Positions 60,862 through 64,000 of a stretch of DNA of 64,000 nucleotides are shown one piece after another (the stretch's first letter is position 1; the number at the start of each line of letters is the position of its first letter). The DNA is from an uncultured Pseudoxanthomonas sp. (lineage in GTDB: Bacteria > Pseudomonadota > Gammaproteobacteria > Xanthomonadales > Xanthomonadaceae): the NCBI GenBank assembly GCA_964562135.1, contig CAZLSG010000006.1, positions 1,068 through 65,067 of the forward strand, read 5' to 3'. The translations under genes were made by a program, and so were the position numbers. The notes below the pieces were generated by a model. It made no database searches, was not told the origin of the DNA, and saw nothing but the letters and a program-made list of their open reading frames with translations.

Positions 60862-62157
60862 TCAGCCCGCCTCGCCGTCCGTCCGCGCCAGCGCCTGTTC
60901 CAGCAGGCCCATGCCTTCGTCCAGCACGGCGTCCTGGATGGTCAGCGGGAACAGCAGCCGCACCGCTTCGCCCTGTGCGCCGCAGCCCAGCAGGATCAGG
61001 CCCAGCGCATGCGCGCGCTTCAGCACGGCCTGGGTGGCGGCCGGGTCCACCGCGTCGCTGCCGCGCGCGGCCAGCAGGTCGAAGGCGATCATCGCGCCCA
61101 GCGCGCGGACGTGGCCGACCGGGCGCAGGTCTTCGCGCGTCGTCCATGCCTGCAGCCGCGCGACCACCCGCTCGCCGAGCGCGTTGGCGCGGTCGAACAG
61201 GCGCTCTTCCTCGATCGCGTCCAGCACCGCCAGCGCCGCCGCGCAGGCCAGCGGCGAGCCGGCGTAGGTACCGCCCAGCCCGCCCGGCGGCACCGCGTCC
61301 ATCAGTTCGGCGCGGCCAATCACGCCCGACAGCGGCAGGCCACCGGCCAGCGATTTGGCCACGGTGATCAGGTCCGGGCACACGCCCGAGTGCTCGATGC
61401 CGAACATCCGCCCGGTGCGGGCGAAACCTGTCTGCACCTCGTCGGCGATCAGCACGATGCCATGGCGGTCACAGACATCGCGCAGGCCGCGCAGCAGTTC
61501 CGCCGGCGCGGCATGGAAGCCGCCTTCGCCCTGCACCGGCTCCAGGATGATCGCGGCCACGTCCTCGGCGGCCACGTCGGCCTTGAACACGTCCTGCAGC
61601 GCCTGCAGGCTGCGCGCCGCATCGGTCCCGGCGTGGGCCACCGGAAACGGCAGGTGGTACACGCCGCCGGGCATCGGCCCGAAGCCGTTCTTGTACGGCG
61701 CGGTCTTGCCGGTCAGCGCCATGGACATGAAGCTGCGGCCGTGGAAGCCACCGCTGAAGGCGATGACCGCGTGGCGCCTGGTGGCCGCGCGCGCGATCTT
61801 GACCGCATTTTCGACGGCTTCCGCGCCCGTGGAGAAGAGGATCGTCTTGGCGGGGCCTTGGATCGGCGCCAGTGCGTTCAGGCGCTCGGCCAGCGCGATG
61901 TAGGGCTCGTACGCGGCAACCTGGAAGGCGGTATGGGTATAGCGGTCCAACTGGTCGCGCACCGCGGCCATTACCTTGGGATGGCGGTGGCCGACGTTGA
62001 GCACGGCAATGCCGCTGGCGAAATCCACGTAACGGCGTCCGTCGGCGTCCCACAGTTCGGCGTTCTCGGCGCGCGCGGCGAAGATCGGCATGGCGGTGGC
62101 CACGCCGCGGGGAATCGCAGCGCCCCGGCGCTGCAGCAGGCAATCGTTTTCGGTCAC
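60862..62157 (-). CDS. gabT: 4-aminobutyrate--2-oxoglutarate transaminase (class III aminotransferase)
   Basis: GTG start at 62155-62157, preceded by GAAGGAG at 8-nt spacing. Motifs AVLNVGHRHP, DEVQTGF.RTG and TVAKSLAGGLPLS (PLP Lys). Confidence 0.9.
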   Translation of the reverse strand: MTENDCLLQRRGAAIPRGVATAMPIFAARAENAELWDADGRRYVDFASGIAVLNVGHRHPKVMAAVRDQLDRYTHTAFQVAAYEPYIALAERLNALAPIQGPAKTILFSTGAEAVENAVKIARAATRRHAVIAFSGGFHGRSFMSMALTGKTAPYKNGFGPMPGGVYHLPFPVAHAGTDAARSLQALQDVFKADVAAEDVAAIILEPVQGEGGFHAAPAELLRGLRDVCDRHGIVLIADEVQTGFARTGRMFGIEHSGVCPDLITVAKSLAGGLPLSGVIGRAELMDAVPPGGLGGTYAGSPLACAAALAVLDAIEEERLFDRANALGERVVARLQAWTTREDLRPVGHVRALGAMIAFDLLAARGSDAVDPAATQAVLKRAHALGLILLGCGAQGEAVRLLFPLTIQDAVLDEGMGLLEQALARTDGEAG

Positions 62158-62178
62158 GGCAAGGGCTCCTTCGTTGGC

Positions 62179-62242
62179 GCCAGACTGCGAGTGCCGGCAG
62201 GACCAACATAGGGCCAGTCTGGAATCGTCTTTGGTGCCAGAC
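62179..62242. promoter_or_regulatory. three copies of a GCCAGAC motif in the gabT/bioF divergent region (candidate operator)
   Basis: GCCAGACTG at 62179-62187. Inverted copy CCAGTCTGG at 62214-62222. A third direct copy GCCAGAC at 62236-62242. Confidence 0.25.
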
Positions 62243-62327
62243 ATGCCCGACGCCTGAATCGTGCCTCGACAGGCCGTGGCCTTCGTCCCACACTGCCGAA
62301 GAAGGACCGGCGTCATCGTGAAGTGAA

Positions 62328-63551
62328 ATGAGCAACAGAGAGAATCCCGGGTCGCGTCACGACCTGTACCAGCGCATCGATGACCAGCGTCGCCTGCGGG
62401 TCGCGCAGGGCCGCGTGCGCGAGCGCCGCACGGTCGCGCGGCGCGATGGCGTGCGGCTGGAAATCGATGGCCGCTGGCTCACCGCCTTCGACAGCAACGA
62501 CTACCTGGGCCTGGCCCAGCAGTTCGAGGTCGTCGGCGCTTTCCAAAATGCCGCGGCAAAACAGGGCTTCGGTGCGGGGGCTTCCCACCTGGTCAGCGGA
62601 CACCATGCCGAACACGAGGCGCTGGAACGCGAAGTCGCCGAGTGGCTGGGTTATCCCCGCGGTTTGTTGTTCGGCAACGGTTTCATGGCCAACCTGGCCG
62701 TGCAGCAGGCCCTGCTGACGGGCGACGGCGACGTGTGCGTGCAGGATCGCCTCAACCACGCCAGCCTGCTGGATGCCAGCCGTTTGGCGGGATGCCGCCT
62801 GCGCCGCTATCCGCATGCCGATTCGGAAGGGGCCTTGCGCCAGTTGCAGTATTCGCCCGGTGGCGCCGCCATGCTGGCCACGGATGGCGTGTTCAGCATG
62901 GATGGCGATGTAGCGCCATTGCGGACGCTGTCATTGGCCGCGCGCCTGCAACAGGCCCTGCTGTACGTGGACGATGCCCATGGCGTGGGCGTCCGTGGCC
63001 CGGAAGGGCGCGGCAGCGTGGCCGAGGCGCGGCTGGGCGTGGCCGAGGTGCCGCTGCAACTGGCGACCCTGGGCAAAGCGTTGGGCGGCCATGGCGCGGT
63101 CGTGGTGGGCGACGGGCCGTTGATCCGCCACTTGGCCGAAACCGCTCGGCCGTACATCTACACCACCGCATTGCCGCCGGCGCAGGCCGCCGCCGCGCGG
63201 GTGGCGGTGCGGCTGGCCCGCCGCGACCACTGGCGGCGCGAGAAGCTCCACGCATTGACGGAACGCTTCCGTGCCGGCGCCCTGCGCCAGGGACTGGAAC
63301 TGATGGCGTCCGATTCGCCCATCCAGCCGCTGCTGTGTGGCGGCGACGTGGCCGCCCTGGCGATGTCGTCGGCGCTGGAACGCGATGGCTACCGGGTGGC
63401 GGCGATCCGCCCGCCCACGGTCCCCGAAGGCAAGGCGCGCCTGCGGGTCACGTTGTCCGCACTGCATGATTTCGACCAGGTGGACGCACTGGTGGTGGCG
63501 CTGGCGCGTGCCCGCGACGAGGCCCGGCGGTTGCAGGGCGCGGTGGCCTGA
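62328..63551 (+). CDS. bioF: 8-amino-7-oxononanoate synthase BioF
   Basis: 407 aa. Alpha-oxoamine synthase pattern: [23 protein letters not shown], and TLGKALG (PLP Lys). Confidence 0.9.
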   Translation: MSNRENPGSRHDLYQRIDDQRRLRVAQGRVRERRTVARRDGVRLEIDGRWLTAFDSNDYLGLAQQFEVVGAFQNAAAKQGFGAGASHLVSGHHAEHEALEREVAEWLGYPRGLLFGNGFMANLAVQQALLTGDGDVCVQDRLNHASLLDASRLAGCRLRRYPHADSEGALRQLQYSPGGAAMLATDGVFSMDGDVAPLRTLSLAARLQQALLYVDDAHGVGVRGPEGRGSVAEARLGVAEVPLQLATLGKALGGHGAVVVGDGPLIRHLAETARPYIYTTALPPAQAAAARVAVRLARRDHWRREKLHALTERFRAGALRQGLELMASDSPIQPLLCGGDVAALAMSSALERDGYRVAAIRPPTVPEGKARLRVTLSALHDFDQVDALVVALARARDEARRLQGAVA

Positions 63552-63599
63552 TGCCGGCGGCGATGCAGGTGACGTGGCCGGATCGGCGACAATAAGCGC

Positions 63600-64000
63600 A
63601 TGCATATCGAAACCACGGGCGAAGGCCCGCCACTGGTCCTGATCCACGGCTGGGCCTTGCACGCGGGCGTGTTCGCTCCGCTGGTGCAGCGCCTGGCCGA
63701 CCGTCATCGCCTGTATCTGGTGGACCTGCCGGGACATGGACACAGCCGCGATGCTGCCGTGCCGCTTTCGCTGGAAGCCTGCGTGGCGGACATCGCCGCG
63801 CGCACACCGCCCGCGGCCTGGCTGGGCTGGTCGCTGGGCGGCCTGTTCGCCCTGCATGCAGCGGCCACGCGGCCGCAGGTGCGCGGCCTGGTGATGCTGG
63901 CGGCCACGCCGCGCTTCGTGCGTGGCGAGGACTGGCCGCACGCGGTGGATCCGGCGGTGTTCCTGCAGTTCGGCCGGGACCTGGACCGCGACTATGCCGG
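63600..64000 (+). CDS. bioH: pimeloyl-ACP methyl ester esterase BioH (5' part, runs off the window)
   Basis: The ATG at 63600 gives MHIETTGEGPPLVLIHGWALHAGVF... and the nucleophile elbow GWSLGG. Alpha/beta hydrolase immediately after bioF. Truncated by the window end. Confidence 0.8.
   Translation, partial: MHIETTGEGPPLVLIHGWALHAGVFAPLVQRLADRHRLYLVDLPGHGHSRDAAVPLSLEACVADIAARTPPAAWLGWSLGGLFALHAAATRPQVRGLVMLAATPRFVRGEDWPHAVDPAVFLQFGRDLDRDYA

Overview
High-GC gammaproteobacterial chromosome segment. Gene content (xanB, a six-gene mla operon including vacJ/mlaA, TonB-dependent receptor) and REP-type palindromes suggest Xanthomonadales/Lysobacterales; this taxonomic call is inference only. All annotation is by eye from the ORF track and the sequence, with no searches run. 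Most of the window is ordinary core genome: patatin lipase, rhomboid, rRNA methyltransferase, rmuC, mlaFEDCBA, recCBD, folE, msrAB, a lytic transglycosylase, gltBD, xanB, ubiA, comF, bioB and bioF-bioH. Genes are tightly packed, and long stop-free antisense ORFs are GC artefacts. Two regions stand out. (1) A 4.6-kb, visibly lower-GC islet (39791-44354) lies between an intact tRNA-Arg(CCG) and a decayed direct repeat of that tRNA's 3' half. It has no integrase. It carries hipB-hipA followed by a PF07929 (pRiA4b ORF-3-like) gene, and an overlapping HTH/Fic pair ('mobile mystery proteins A/B') with a non-canonical Fic motif. An internal repeat architecture (A1 ... B1 ... A2B2) brackets these modules. 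(2) A 12.4-kb, eight-gene minus-strand operon (49775-62157) separates bioB from bioF. It runs gabT, a degenerate MocR regulator, a C-N hydrolase, a TonB-dependent receptor, a TPR-sulfotransferase, an MFS transporter, gabD and a secreted beta-lactamase-fold hydrolase. It looks like an uncharacterised uptake and catabolism locus for an amide-linked omega-amino-acid compound (hypothesis). Smaller oddities are a MsrA-Trx(CPYC)-MsrB lipoprotein, a tandem methylglyoxal-synthase-fold protein, a membrane-anchored NHL-propeller/M23 peptidase fusion, a structured folE leader, a candidate BirA operator and two REP palindrome families. No CRISPR array, rRNA gene, transposase or integrase was seen.
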